In this document: piece by piece, positions 13,360 to 30,041 of the stretch
Layout of the letters: the number at the start of each line of letters is the position of its first letter
Position numbering within the stretch: the first letter of the stretch is position 1
Assembly: GCF_009914755.1 (NCBI RefSeq)
Contig: NC_060926.1
From: the human T2T-CHM13v2.0 reference genome, Homo sapiens
Direction: 5' to 3' (one strand)
DNA: 64,000 nucleotides
Made by a program: the position numbers and the translations under genes
Notes under the pieces: generated by a model
What the model was told of the DNA's origin: nothing
What the model saw: only the letters and a program-made list of their open reading frames with translations
Database searches by the model: none

Positions 13360-15509
13360 GGAACTTTTATTTTAGACAAAACATAATGCAAAACCTCTCA
13401 CAGTAACCCCCAGTCCTCAAAACATCAACAATAAACACAGACCTGCACTGATTGTGGTATTCTGGGTATTTCTATAACATTTCTAGGTTTCTGTAGATCA
13501 TAGTTTACAAATTGTAGAAGTAAAGGACATTTCAGAATCTGATTGACTCAAATTACTTTCAGAAAATAAAAATATAGAAATTGAAAGTTTGTTTTCTCTC
13601 ATAAAGGAAAGAAATAAACCCCTCCCCCACCCCCCCAACCCCCCCAAAAAAAAGAAAGAAAGAAAGATATGACAAAAGCAATGGAGAGCCTAGGGCAGAC
13701 AGAGTGGGGTAAATGAGAGAAGAAAAGGTAGGGAGGGAAGGAAGGAAGGTCTTCTGAAAAGCAAAGATTCCTTTGAAACTTGAAGTTTCAGCTGCTTTTT
13801 ACATTCAGGGGAAGAGAGATTTAGTAAGCTTTGAAAAAAAAAAATCTGCACTTGACAACATGTAAAGCGGACTTGCATTGTAGGAAACAGAAGAGACTCC
13901 TTAAGGTGAACTATAAGAGGTAAGGAATTTTCAAATTATCAGACTCCCCACCTTGTTATAATAAGACAGCATATAGACTCCTTTCAAATCAGATTTCAGT
14001 GTAAATCTGCGAGTGTTCAGTTTCAGGATAACAAGATTAAATGCATCAATCCCAGAACCTGTCATTTGCCATCATTTATAATGTTCCATAGATTCCATGA
14101 TAACTAGCCATAATAATTTATCTTAAGAAGTAGAAAAAAGGCTTTTGATGATGTCTGTATGCTAATTTTACTGTTTTTTATTGTATGTATTTTTTAAATT
14201 TTTCTCTTATTTAAGTGTATCATATTAAGTATATCTTAGAAAATTCATAAAAAGTGTGCAAGTTGAGCACTTAGATTTTTACTTTTAAAGTTCTAAAATT
14301 ATTTATTATACCAAGTGATATTTTGCTGAGAAGAAATAAACATACATTTTAAAAGCTTATCATTGAGAATTCAGCTGAAAAAGCTTAAGAGTTAGTGTAG
14401 GTAAAAACTAATTTTTTTTTTTTTTTTTTTTTTTTTTTTGCCATTAGCTGTAACTCACATTTTTTTCAGTTATCGGAGAGGTTAAACAATTGTAAATACT
14501 TTATCATACAATGTCTAGAGGGAACATTTGAAACCTTTAATCCCCAAAAATATGAACACTGTATTCATTCTTGAGCAACTGAACATGACATTCTCTGACA
14601 TGCAGATGGTGTCTGAAAGTATTTTAATCTGACAGCCTTGACTTTCCCATGGGTAAACTACCCATGTGCCTTGAATCTCCATAGCAGCTATTGTGATAAC
14701 TTCAAGTTTGTGAGGTGAGCCCACAGAAAGTATGAACAAATGTCCTTAAGGGTTATGTTTGCTAAAGCCTTTCAAGGGCTCCCTAAAAGACAAATGATGA
14801 GCTCATTTGGTTCACATTGATTGAAAACAAATGTTGTGTGCATAACCAGATCAACAGAGCCAATGTTTTTCTGATTATTAGACTGTGACATGAGTCTGCA
14901 AATACACACAGGACCCACCTTTTTTGACTGATCCCCATAGTAGCCAAAATTTAATCTCTTTTTAATGTTTACTTATTAATCCCATCCTGGAAAATTGCCA
15001 CTTGAAACAGGTCAATAGTATAATATATTAAAATTGTGATAAATAGAAAAATTTAGCAGAGAGCTTAAATATCTATGGAAATTGTGTAATTAAAGGCTGG
15101 TGGTTTTTTTGCCTTTACCTGTGACTCAAAGTTTCTTTCAGTTCATAGTGAGGATAGCCAATTGCAAGTGATTCTAAGATTTGATGGTTGTTGGAGATAG
15201 CTACTCAGATATTTATAGGAAGCACAAACCTATTCTAAGACAAATTAAGCAGTTTTATGTTGTAAACTCCCACCAAATTCTTAACTAAAAGTTGAAATAC
15301 TTTTGCCTAACTTATGAAACAGATTAAAATGAACTCTGATTAGCATAACTTCACAAATGAACTTTTTTATTTGTAATTTTTATGTTCTTTTGTATTGCTT
15401 TAACCAATATAATCATTTATTTAAAACTAAATCCTATTTTATTTAAAACTAATAGTTTGATCACTAATGGATGGATCAACACATTAGTGATAAAAATCAT
15501 GCAAGGTTA

Positions 15510-15553
15510 AAACTTTAATGGCAAAATAACAATTACTTTTGCACCAACATATA
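15510..15553. mobile_element. MADE1 fragment (mariner-derived MITE)
   Basis: actttaatggcaaaataacaattacttttgcaccaacatata matches one MADE1 arm. Confidence 0.7.
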
Positions 15554-15659
15554 GAGAAATAGATAAAGAGATATATATAATGGATAGATAAGAATTATAT
15601 ATGTGCTTGTGTACGTATGTGTGTGCATATATATATGGATGCATACATACACACACACA

Positions 15660-16037
15660 TATAATAGACTGAATATTTGTGTCCCTCAAAAATTCATATG
15701 TTGAAATCCTAATCCCCAATTTGATGGAATTGAAGAGTGGGATCTTTGGAAGGTAATTTGGTCATGAGGGTAAAGACCTCATGAATGAAATTAGTGAACT
15801 TATAAAAGGATCCCCAGAGAGCTCTTTCTCTCTCTCTTTTCTCTCTCTCATTTGTTTCCATGAGAAGATATAAAAAGTAAGCAATCTATAATCTGGAAAT
15901 GGGCCCTCACCAGAACCCAACCATCCTGGCACCCTGATCTCAGACTTCCAGCCTCCAGAACTGTGAGAAATAAATTTCTGATGTTTTTAAAGCCTCTCAG
16001 CCTATGTTAATTTGCTATAGCAGCCCAAGGTAAGACA
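15660..16037 (+). mobile_element. MLT1A0-like MaLR LTR
   Basis: gactgaatatttgtgtccctcaaaaattcatatgttgaaatcctaatcccc...ttccagcctccagaactgtgagaaataaatttctg...atagcagccc. Confidence 0.82.
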
Positions 16038-17083
16038 TACAAATATATAAATAAAAATATATATATGCATACACCTTGACACTCAAGTAGTATATGTCAT
16101 GATAATTTTAGATTCCTTACCTACAAATATCATGGCAAATACAACTTCCAAAGATCATTTAGCGCCATAAAACAACACAACAACAAAAAGCATATACGGA
16201 ATGATATATAAATGAGAGCAACTGTGCATATAGTAGAATAGCAGAGAATAATGAATAAATAGCTCATAGGTGTGAGTGAAGGGTGGAGGGTAAATTCAAA
16301 CTCATACCCCTTATAGGGCCCAGGGCTCAAACTCTTGACCTTGACAAATTACTACATGACTCATTTTCATAAACAATGTCAAGAGCATCTGTGATTAAAT
16401 GATATGCTGACCATTAAGTACATAATTGTCAGTGATTCTCTATTTAGACATACTGACTTCAAGTTTCCTTAAATATTATTCATACCCTCAGTTCTATTTT
16501 AAAGCTATGATCCATTTACACCAGCTCTTTCATGCCCCACTAAAAAAGTACAAAATACAGATAAGCTATCATCCTTCTATTTCGTGAATTCCGTCATAAT
16601 TTTCAACAAGAAATAAGACTATTGTTTCTGTGACAATATTTGTTTTACATGTGTATTTTCTCTTATCTCCATGAATTGATTTGTTCAACTTTCTCTTCAG
16701 TGTAAATACAATATATGCAGTCTGCTCTCAAACTGCATATGCAGAAGGGAAAGAAATATGTTAAATAAAATCCATAAATAACCCAGAAAGCCTAATTTTA
16801 GTCAATAGTTTTAAAGTCCTGCTCCTCATAAAGGCACTAAAAACTGAACAGTGACTTGATTAACTTGAGTTCGCCTCACTGTCTCCTGCAGGCATTAGTG
16901 ACCAGGAAAATGTCAAAAGTTGTGAGGAAAAAGATAAATAAAAATTAAAAATCCCTGTAACTGAATACTAGGTAATCAATAGTAAAACATTACATAGCTG
17001 ACTGTATACTATTTTATAGCACAAATCGTTTAAAATAATGTAGGAAACTGTTTTTACCATATCATTATCTCATAAAACAGAAG

Positions 17084-17412
<329 letters not shown>

Positions 17413-17610
17413 AAACAGAAGTATTTTTATAAAAGAAAATTCCATAAAAAAAATTTGCAAAATACTTAGAAAAAATATCTAAGAGAAAAGGTTGTCAATA
17501 TAATTTTAGAGCAACTAGTTATTACTGTATATTAGAAAGCAGAAACTTTTGTATTTGCCAGCTCTGACAGTTAGGAAAACTGACAAGATCATCTTTAAAA
17601 ATGGAGAAGA

Positions 17611-17903
<293 letters not shown>

Positions 17904-18189
17904 TCAGAGCTATAGGTTGGTCAGCTTTTATCTAGCAACTTGAAAGGTGTTAACAGTCCTCATTAAACAGTCATTGCACTGTCACTGGAGAATAGGAGAA
18001 GCACAGGCAATACACTATTTGAGCCATGACAATGTTAGAGGATTTCTATCTTGGAAAATTAACCTTATCACCTGGGAAGATTTATTTTAATGTAATTATG
18101 TTTTATATTTTTTTAAAAAACAAAACATTTAAAAAATAATATAAAAACTGTAAAATCAGCAAAATGTTAAGCAGTTGTTAGTTCACACA

Positions 18190-18490
18190 GCATTCCTTCA
18201 ATCTTCTCTCACTGTCTCTTCAGATCTTTACTCAGAAGTCACTGTCTTGGCAAACTCTTGGCTACTCAGCCTCAAATTTCACCCCATAAACTTCCTTATC
18301 TATTTTCCCTGATCTGCTATTTTTTCCCTTAATATTCAACTATCATACTATACGTTTTACTCATTTATCTGCTTTATGGTCTGTCTTCCATGTTACTATG
18401 CAAGCTGGGATTCTTGCCACCATGTATATCAGCAGCTGGCACATAGTGAGCACTGATAAATGCTTGCTGAAAGAATGAAAGAATGAATGG
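18190..18490 (+). mobile_element. L2 3' fragment
   Basis: ttcagatctttactcagaagtcac...ctggcacatagtgagcactgataaatgcttgctgaaagaatgaaagaatgaatg. Confidence 0.72.
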
Positions 18491-19394
18491 CAATAGATAT
18501 TTATTGCTGTTAGGGGTGCAAGTTCTACAACAAGTAGTTACATTGCCTTGTTAGGAGTTTAACTCAAATAATAGTTACACCTGACATTAGTATGTCCTTA
18601 ATTTTTATTTACCCCAGGCAGAATACAAGCTCTGTTCAAACACCACTAGAAAACCTTCGTAGAAAATCCTGTATCCTGTTCTCCACAGAAGGGGCTTATT
18701 CTCCTCTGTATACTATACCAGCTCTACCAGGTGACTTTTTTTTTTCTACTAAAGTCCCCTCTAGTGGTACAGTTGGGTGTTGGCTGCCTTAATTCCATCC
18801 TTTTCTCTCAGTAACTCAATGTCACCAGTATAAATGATGACCAAACCAGAGGTGACACCTGCTGCCCTCTGTGCTGAAGCAACAACAGAAGGTTATTGTA
18901 GAGATTTTTGTTGTTGTTTTTTTGTAGAGTGTTTGGCTTTTATAGTGTTAGCCTTCACAGCTTTCATAGCTAGCCTATATAGTAGGTTAGTTTGCATGGT
19001 ATTTTTTTAAAAAAAAATTTTAAAAAAGATTACTTGCTAATAATTAAAAATTGTGAGATTTTAAATAAATATCTGTATTTCTTCCTTCTCCTCAAAAATA
19101 AAAGATATGTCACAAATGGTTAATATTCCTTATGGCAAAAATAAGTGGAGCTGAGAGGTGTTCTACCATAAGTGGGACTTTCATTTTTCCCACTCCATCA
19201 TAATTCCTGCCACTCCCAAGCTAGTTCAGATATTGCAGCCTAGACTCAGATCCTACTTAACATTTATGTTAGAGCTATTTGGTTTTATCACCCCTGACAT
19301 ACTTTACTCATTCATAACCTGCTTAACTCTATTAAGATTTGAACTTCTAAGTCTATTCATAAATAAATGACTGCCCTGTGGGTAAACATATGAA

Positions 19395-19810
19395 TTAATA
19401 TCTATAGCAGTGCAAAAAGTGACTACAAAACTTAGCACCATAAAACATTTATTGTCTCACATGGTTTCTGTGGGTCTAGAATCTGGGAGCAGCCATGTGG
19501 GTGGTTCTGGTTTGGAGTATCCCTTGAGGTTACTTTATAGCTGTTGGCTTGTGCTAAAATCTTGACTGCCTTTCTTCCCACGTGTACTTCTTCACTGGGC
19601 TGCTTGAGTGTCCTCATAACATGTCAGCTGGCTTTGCCTAAGGACAGTGATCCAAGAGAGGGCAAAGAAGCTCATGCTTTTTATGACTTTGTCCCCAAAG
19701 CCACATATCATCACTTCCGCCTTATACTCTTAATTAAAAATGAGACAGTACCCACACTCAAAGGAAAGAAAGCTAAGCTCTACTTATTAAAAGGAGAAAT
19801 AGCAAAGTGT
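19395..19810 (-). mobile_element. Old MLT1 MaLR LTR
   Basis: caaaacttagcaccataaaacatttattgtctcacatggtttctgtgggtctagaatctgggagcagc...ctgcttgagtgtcctcataacatg...atcatcacttccgcc. Confidence 0.7.
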
Positions 19811-20424
19811 TTATGAAACATATCTTGGTTTACAGGTCTTGACTGAGTCATCAAATAATTGCTTTATTTTGATCTGGGTACTATTCTAATTAAAACTAAG
19901 AGTCTCGAGCGGTTCCAATTTATAATCCTTGAGGTTTAAAAACTTGTGCAAAGTGTTCAAAGAGATTTTTTTTAACATAGCTTTAGTATAAACTACTCTT
20001 AAATTTTTTAGTGAAAGACAAACTTTCAGTTACTTATCATTCAGCACCTATGTAGCCTCTTTGGGGAACTATCATACATTTGTATATACTAATCACTTCA
20101 TAGTACAATGACTTGTTTTCTGGGTGTGTAATTTCAGGATCCCTGTAGACAAATTTCTTTTTAAACATTTGTAACTGCAGTCTTCAGTAATCCCCTGGAT
20201 ATTGGTGAGGTTCCTGTGTTTTACTTTTTCATTGTTTTTTTTTATATGACTATAGTATTCAGCCTCAGCAGCAAGTAGGCCATCACATTTTTTTTTCTCT
20301 TCTCAAATAGAAGGGGTGGAGGTTTTGAAAGAAGGAGAACCCTGAGGAGAAGAGTAAGTTTAAAGCCAAACCAGAAAATGTTATAGAGACTCTTCCCCTG
20401 ATTCTCTTTGGTAATGTACTTTAA

Positions 20425-20796
<372 letters not shown>

Positions 20797-23413
20797 AAGA
20801 GGTTTTTTTTTGTTTTTGTTTTTTGTTTTTTTATTTATTCTTTATGTTTCAGAGCTACTCAAATTACAGTGGCAAAAAGGGGTATACTTACACAGCAATT
20901 TACTTGTTAAGAGAATTTTAATTTCTGCAAGGCGGGGTTCCTCTACAAAGCTGATGTCATAACAGATTCACAGCATTGACACAATATGGGCATTACGATC
21001 TCATTCAAATTTTCTCCTTCTTCCATTTATCAGTCAACAAACCTAACATCTTTATTTTTTGCTAAGATAGATACCTGCTCCATTTTTTGATACTATATTT
21101 ACAGCATTGAGCTCTGTTAGTTTAGTATTCATTTTCTACTCAAAACACGGTCAGCAGCAATATTAGCAGAAATAAACCTTCATAAAGCCTTAAATATTTC
21201 TACAAGGTAACAATTTTATTATATTTTTTTCCCTTAAAAGTCACCGACTTTCCTTGAAATATTATTCAAGATTTTTAACACCTTTCCTCTAATTTACTGA
21301 GTTCCTTAGTTATGCTATTTGATAGTTTGGGTTTCATAAAGTACATTGGAAATAAGTTTTTGAAAACATAATGTGGGTGATGATTTAGAGACTGTTACAG
21401 CTTACTCAACTACTTTCAGAATTTAAACTCTGCTTATTTTTATTTAAAATACGTACAAAGACATAAGACAAAATATTATTGTTCATTTTCTAATACTAAG
21501 TAATATATTCTGTTTTTTAAAAAAAGTCATCTTATAGACACTATGAAACAATTGTCAATAAATTCCTACTGTAAAATAACCTATTTGTCAAGTACAACCC
21601 TTTTGTTTTATATATATGTAACTTCTGGATATATACAATGAAAAGAATGTCAATATAATGCTCTATAAATAGCACAGAAATTGCCCAAAGACTCAAAAGA
21701 AAATTGGAGACTTAAATACAAGATGATTTCTCTTTTACACATTTAAATTTCTCATCTGAAGAAAAACTATTTAAAAAAACCTGATTCTAAGAAATAATTT
21801 AGAAAAAATATATAAGTAAAAGGTATAGCAGAAGGACAGTAGTTTAGGAATAAGCTTAAGCAAATGAAAACCACTAAACATCTGATGAAGTATTCTATCA
21901 CATATCTGGAAATTCCCAACTAGGGAAACGTAGAGAGTGCTTTAAGGACCAAATTAATAGGCATCAGATGCCAACTTTGACATTTCCATAGAACTCTACT
22001 TTTCAAAAAGTACATTCATTTAGAACTTCAAGTGATTCTCACAACTTTGTGATATAGGCAGATATTTTAATGTCTATATTTCCCTATAATAAAAATTGAA
22101 ATAGAGATCATCTTAACACTTAAGGTTTGTTAAAACAATCTCTTTCCTTCACAAGAGAGAGGAAGACTCATTCTTAAATAAAATTTGCAATATTTAAACC
22201 TTGTTCACCTTCATCTAGATATTTTTAATTTAATTGAAAATCAAAGATGATAAAAATATTTTTTATCTAGAAAATGAATTTCCAAATCTGTCTCAATTAA
22301 CAACTGTTTACTTATTAACATATACTCATGAAAATTCATTACCAAAAAAATAATAAAACAACAACAACATCAAAAAAAAACCTCACAAACCTGAGAAATA
22401 GTAAAATGGCTAAAAGATTTAGAATATAGAATTAAAAGGCATAAATTTTTACCTATATAAATAAAGGTAAAAATGTATTCAAATGGGCTTTTCATAAATT
22501 GTATAAGTTTTTAAAAATTATTCTGAATATATCACAATATTCAGAATTATAAATATTAAATAATTTTCTGAGTATCATCCTGTAACCGCAAATGCAATTA
22601 CTGAAATTCTTTGTAGATTAGCCAATCCTCACACCCCTCACCTACCACAAACTTCAGCTTAGAGCCAGCCATTCACTAAATCAATATTCAGCCATCCTCA
22701 ACAAAGAGTTCTTTTTTATGCAACCACTCTTAACATCTTTTGAAAAATTCAAACTATCTTTTTAAACTGAAACTTACATTTCAAAAATTAGCTTCTAATA
22801 CCAATATAGTAGAGGTTAATTATTTGCTCCATGGAAGCCATACCTCCCTTTTAGCTTCCTAATCATTTTACTTACCTAGCACCTTTTTTTCCCTAGAAGA
22901 TTGAATCAAAGAATGGAAATAACACTCAAATAAGTAAAATCTCTACTCACTCCAAAATACTGAAAAGAATTATTCAATGGGAAATTATTTCAATCATTGG
23001 TCAAATGGACCCTGTTGTCTTGTCTTTTGAATTCTACCTATGGATCAAGCTATTCTTTATTAAATGGAGATAAGCCAGGTTTGACTTTATTGTGACAAAT
23101 GCACTAGGCCCTTAGACTTTAGAGGACTGGAGTAGAACACAGAAAATAACAATTGTAAAATAATACAAGTCATAGTAAGCCAAGAATCAGTAACAGTAAA
23201 GTTAGTATTGCTAACACTAAGTTTCTGATCTGGATAATCTTATAAGTCTGTTTGCTAAAGAGGAAAAGAAGGAAGAGAAGAAAACCTCATAGAAGTGTTC
23301 AATTTGAATATAGTTCTGGTGTTAGTGGAGCAGTAACTTTCCTAAGCTTTTAACAGGTCATAATAAATCAACCCCCAATCAATACAAAGCAACCAAGCTA
23401 TAGAATAATTTCA

Positions 23414-23581
<168 letters not shown>

Positions 23582-23724
23582 TTACAACTTAAACATAATG
23601 ATAGCCACTTAAATTGTAATATCCACCTAGCACCACTGGATTTGAGGGGAAAAAAATAAGTTGAAAGTTCAGATTTTTGTCTTTACAAATAAGATCTGGC
23701 TAATAGGGAAATACACATATGGTG

Positions 23725-24039
23725 TTTTGGGTTTTTTATTTTGTTAATTTTTTAGAGACAGGGTCTCACTCTGTCATTTATACTGGAGTGCAGTGGTGCA
23801 ATTATAGCTCACTGCAGCCTCAGACTCCCAGGCTCATGCAATCCTCCCATCTCAGCCTCCTGCTGAGCTAGGACTACAAATGTGCACCACTATGCCCAGC
23901 TAATTTTTATTTTTATTTTTTTAATAAAAGGGGCTCACTATTTTGCTCAGGCTGGTCTTGAACTCCTGGGCTCAAGCGATCCTGTCACCTTGGCCTCCCA
24001 AACTGCTGAGATAACAGGCATGAGCCATGGCACCCAGCC
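23725..24039 (-). mobile_element. AluJ
   Basis: atagctcactgcagcctc and actcctgggctcaagcgatcct diagnostics. Confidence 0.88.
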
Positions 24040-25072
24040 AACATAAACAGTTTCAACCGACAGAGAAACGTTATACTTTTATAGGCACTTAACAGGTATC
24101 TCTATGGATTACCAACATAATCTGTGCCACCAAGAAATGACAGCTCCATTTTACAGATACAAAAAATAGTACCTAGAGTAGATAAGAAATCTGTGTTCAT
24201 AGCTAGTTAGTGGACATTCCAGATATTTTTGAAAGTTTCTGTTTCCAAATTGAGTGCCTGCCCTCTTCATTATGCCACTTTGCCTCAGAAAGTTTTAATG
24301 TGTAATGACTCATTTGGGATACTAATTTAACTGATGAAATTTATAATTACTCATCTATTTTCCATAAAATTTACTTAGGCAGTTACAGATTTAAATTGGT
24401 GATTTCATCCCTCTTCAAGTAAATCCAAAAATGGAAGATTTTCAGCAAATAGTAATTTTACCAAAGTACAGAATTAAATTGAGCTCATTTGGTGGTTGAT
24501 ATGGGGGAGATAAACCATTTGGCAAGTGAGTGAATCAAGCCAATGACTTAAGACCCTAATCTCGACCTGGCACAGTGTGTCACGGAGGTAAGGCTAGGCT
24601 TTATTATATTTTATGGGCAACTTCACATATTACAGTGGTGGCCATCATTGTCAGAGGTCTCAGGGTAGGTACTTTTTGTTTGCTAAAGGTCCTTGGCACA
24701 CATCTACTTAACTACTGGCATGCTCAGCAGAATCAGTATCCACATTTTAACAATAACTCTGTAGAACCATGTTGACCTTCTGTGATCCATAACTACTCAC
24801 GGAAAAGTACATGTGGGCATATACTCAAGCACACAATGCAACCAACTGTTCCTGGGATCTCTCTCAGAGAATAAAGTGAACAAATCACAAATAATTCCTT
24901 CCCTTAAAAAAAAAAAAAGATGAAAAGAAGGAAGGGCAGATGATTGAAGAGACACACAGATTCAAGTGCACTGAGAAAAGGTCAAATATAGCCTAATAAT
25001 TCTCAACTACAGGGATTCCCAGGACAAAGAATGTGAATCATTAAATGCATTTATCTCTATGGATTAGACCCT

Positions 25073-25232
25073 CTTTTTTTTTCCTGAGAGTTGGGGTCTC
25101 ACTCTGTTGCCCGGCTAGAATGCAGTGGCACAATCATAGCTCACTGCAGCTTTGAAATCCTGGGCTCAAGCAATCCTCCCACCTCAACCTCCTGAGCTGC
25201 TGGAATTATAGGTGTGAGCCACCTCGCCTAGT
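25073..25232 (-). mobile_element. Alu monomer (FRAM or AluJ right arm)
   Basis: Single ~160-bp arm with T-run. Confidence 0.75.
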
Positions 25233-25852
25233 TCTATTTTTTTTTCTTTTTCTTTTAGTGAGTGCAGATTCTATAGGAACAAGGTAAAGCTAGCTTATGC
25301 TCAGAGTCAGGACATGTGTGGAATGTAAGGTAGTGACTGGCCACAGGGCTACTGTGTTTCTAACTAAATTCTGTGTCTTGATCTGGGCACTGGTTATATA
25401 GGCAAGCTCATTTAATCAACATTTGTCAAGCCATATATTTAGGATGGTTTACTTTTCCATATGTACGTGATTCTACAATATAAAGTTTACATCTAAAATG
25501 AGGGAAGAAGCTAGGGAGTATATGGGAAGTTTAAGCAAAATAAAACAAAACCTCCTAAATCAATGCAATACACAATGCCAAGCAATTTAGTTAAGAGGGG
25601 GCTTCACAGAGGGAAGAATGTTGTCTCTCTTTTTTTTTTTTTTTTGGATCTGAGTTCACCAGAGTCTATTATTCAACTTCTTTGCTTCTAGACTGTGCCT
25701 AGAGGAAAGAGGCTTTGTCATAGTCATCTTATTTTGCTGTCTAGCATGATGACTAGAATTGACAAGAAAATTAATAAACATCAAATAAATGGCAGACTAT
25801 TTAGTTAATTCCATCTTGAAACTATAGCTTGTTTTCAAAGAGTTCTGCCTAG

Positions 25853-26177
<325 letters not shown>

Positions 26178-27659
26178 CCAACTGAATTTTTTAATGTACT
26201 ACTTATACCCAGATACTGTAACAAGTATAGAGGAAGAGCAATGATTCAACATCTCTACTTAGTATGACTTAAATATTTAAATTAATTTTAATATTGAATA
26301 GCTTCAAATTAATATTTTTAAGATTCACAAAAACAATATTTAAAGTTTCTATATTAATCTCTCTATATATATGTATGCATATGATGCATATCACATAACT
26401 CCCTCCATATATCTTCTTTCCTGTTAAGTATGTTAGCTTAACCCTTAAATGTTCTTGGGTGCATTTATTCTCAGGTTCATAAAATAGAATTGCAAAGCTT
26501 TACAAATCCTATTGTGAATTTTAAAAACTGGTGACATATGCTTTATATTCATAATATAGATATATATAGAAGTATAATACATATCTCTGAAGTTTATTAA
26601 TGCAAATGTTTTTGCATCATAAGATTTTTCATTTTGTTATTATCATTCACTAAAGTCCCAACAACACTAAATGATTAATTGGTATACATGATGCTGGAAT
26701 AATTTCTGAATCAGTTCTCTGTTGTGCTAATATTTAAAAAAATGAATCACTAGGCAGTGAACAAATAATTGTTTAATGCAATTAAAACTACTCAGTGATG
26801 TCAGAATGCTAAATCAATACCCATGAGAAAACAGTCAAATGTGAGCATATTTATAAAACTGTCCTGGAACTTATGCAAAGAAATATAATTATGTCTGTAT
26901 GAAAGGATCCTCAGAATGGGTGACTTAAATTTGAAAATCTTCAAAGGCTATAGAATCTGTCTGAAGAATGTATCAATTGTAATACAGTCTCATTTTTATA
27001 AGACATATTTAACTAATTTTTGAAATCATCTGAATCTGGCTATCAAAAGAGGAAATCTAGATCCAATAACATAATAAGTATACGAAAAAAATAAGTCACT
27101 ATTTAAATTAAGAAAAAAATATATGAAAAGAAAAATTTATCTTTTTACTTATCTTTTCTATTTTTATAAAAATACAGCTAATCCATATGCTTTAATTCTA
27201 ACATTCCTTATTATCAGTCCCGAATTTTCCTTTATATATTACTTTATTTGAACATTTTGATTTAAATAGGCCAGTTTAATTGTTACTGAGACAATGAAAA
27301 TTGCAAAAATTATGTAATTTCTCTCATAATAGAAATATTCTACATATTAATGTAAGAAACTAAATATTTTTAAAATAATGTAATTTACCTACATACAGTA
27401 TTTCATATATTACTGAAAAAATTAAGTTTGTTAAGTTTTAAGTGTTGTTACAATTAAGACTAGGCAGTTCATTTTATGTGTCTCATTTGTTTTCTAAGTG
27501 GCTCAAAATTAAATAAATATACTATGCAGTATGGAGTTAAAAAATTGCAAAAGTATAAAAAAGGAATTTAAAAAATTAAGAATTAAGGCTTCCAATAGAT
27601 ATTTTTAATACATTTCCATCACTTAGCAAATTTAACTTCAAAATTCTTATCCCTAGCTG

Positions 27660-27800
27660 AGAATTTTAATTATCTGGAAAGTTATTTTAAAATATTGATC
27701 CCAGAGCCCCAGTCCACAAAATTTCAGTTTAATTGGTTTGGGCTGGTCCTGGGCCTCAGTATTTTTAAAATATCTCTGCAGGTAATTTTGTGATATACAA
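27660..27800. mobile_element. MER5-like fragment
   Basis: ttaattggtttgggctggtcctgggcctcagtatttttaaaatatctctgcaggtaattttg. Confidence 0.55.
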
Positions 27801-28344
27801 TTTAAAAAAAATTGTGTTAAACATTGCATATTTTTATAAGCTTTCAAATGTAATATTTTAGTAAATTCAACTGGGCCTTTTAAATTTTGCTGGAAAGAGT
27901 ATCACAATGGTGAAACTTTTGGAGACAGGGGAATGGTAGAGATGTAGATATGGGAAATAGACACACTATGAATATTAAAATGTAGAGGATTAACTTCCAG
28001 GCCTCTACACAGGTATAATAAATATAATCAAAATCTTCTAAATATTCTTTTTCTGGCACTAACTTCAGACAGTAGAAAACAACTCCTTCTACTTCTGGGA
28101 CTGTGAAAGTTCTAGAAACTGACCATTGTAAACACAGAAAACATAGAGAAATACCAATAAGTTACATCACATGCTATATCTGTAGAAGAATTATAATATT
28201 CTAAATACCCCAAAATGAACATTTTTTCAGGCTTCATCAGAAATGGCATCACTATTCCTATTCCTGGGGCAGAACTGTTTTGGAAACATTAAAACTTTAG
28301 CTCTGATGGAGGCTAGTTATTACATGGAGAAGGATTCACTATTA

Positions 28345-28827
<483 letters not shown>

Positions 28828-29119
28828 CTAAGTATTTCTGGCAGCCTTGCCCTTGCTGCTCCACCATTGTGAGGTGGTAATGATAAGAATAATGCCTCAT
28901 ACAGTTGTGTCTGACACATGGAAAGCATGAAATAAATGTTAGCTATATTTATGAGTGGTATAAATGTTTATATTTCCCTTTCAAGCTAAGGCTCTATTCT
29001 AAAGCTTGCAACCATCTCTCTGGTAATCTCACAACTGATAATTTGGAGATAATCTAATTACTAAAAATGTTGAGATTATGTACTTCATTCATAATCACAA
29101 TATTCTTTCAATTATAAAA

Positions 29120-29755
29120 CAAGCACATCAAAATTAGAAACTTTTGGTCTGTGAAAAGTAATAAAAGACATGATTTAGTCTGGGAGTAAATATTTGCAAT
29201 CCATGCATCCAACAAAAGGTAAGTATCAACAAAAGAACTTTCAAAACTCAATAGTTAAAAAAATGCAATTGAAAAATGGGCAAAAGAGATGGAGCATGAT
29301 GACTAAAACAGAGAAGAAAACTTCACAGAAAAGAGAACAGAGAAGAACAGAGAAGAAATATTTCACAGAATAATATATACAAATGGCAAATAAACACATA
29401 AAAAGATGTTCAATATCATAGGAAAATGCAAATTAAAATGAAAATTGTTATAAACAACCTAAAGTCTAGAAGAAATAAAAGTGTTTTTAAGTGACAATAG
29501 GATACACTATATGTCTATTACAATAGCTAAAATAAAAAAGCAGTGAGAACACTAAATGCCAACAAGGATACAGAGAACTGGATAACTGATACACATTGTT
29601 AGTGGTAATGTAAAATGGTAAAACCACTCTAGGAAACAATTTGACATTTTCTTATAAAATTCAGCACACTAATGCAATATGACCCAGTATTGCATTCCTG
29701 GGAATTTAACTCAGAGAAGTAAAAACTAATCTTCACACAATAATGTCCATATAAA
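29120..29755 (+). mobile_element. Old L1M fragment (ORF2 3' region)
   Basis: ctgggagtaaatatttgcaatcca...aaatggcaaataaacacataaaaagatgttcaatatcat...gtaaaatggtaaaaccactctaggaaacaatttg. Confidence 0.78.
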
Positions 29756-29764
29756 CCTTTAAAT

Positions 29765-30041
29765 TACTATTATTTTTTCAAGACAGAGTCTCGCTCTGTC
29801 GCCCAGGCTGGAGTGCAGTGGCATGACCTCAGCTGACTGCAACCTCTGCCTCCCGGGCTCAAGAGATTCTCTTGCTTCAGCCTCCCATACCGCCCTGCTA
29901 ATTTTTTGTATTAAATATTTTTTGTAGAGACAGGCTTTGCCACATTGGCCAGGCTAGTCTTGAACTCCTGGCCTAAAGTGATCCGCCTGGCTCAGCCTCT
30001 CAAAGTACTGGAATTACAGGCATCAGCCACCACACCTGGCC
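29765..30041 (-). mobile_element. Alu (J/S) with a small right-arm deletion
   Basis: Dimer lacking agtagctgggattacaggc near 29888. Confidence 0.85.

Noticed and set aside
22520-22547. Inverted repeat attctgaatat-6 nt-atattcagaat
   Set aside because: An 11-bp AT-rich stem is plausible by chance in 64 kb; too short for a miRNA precursor
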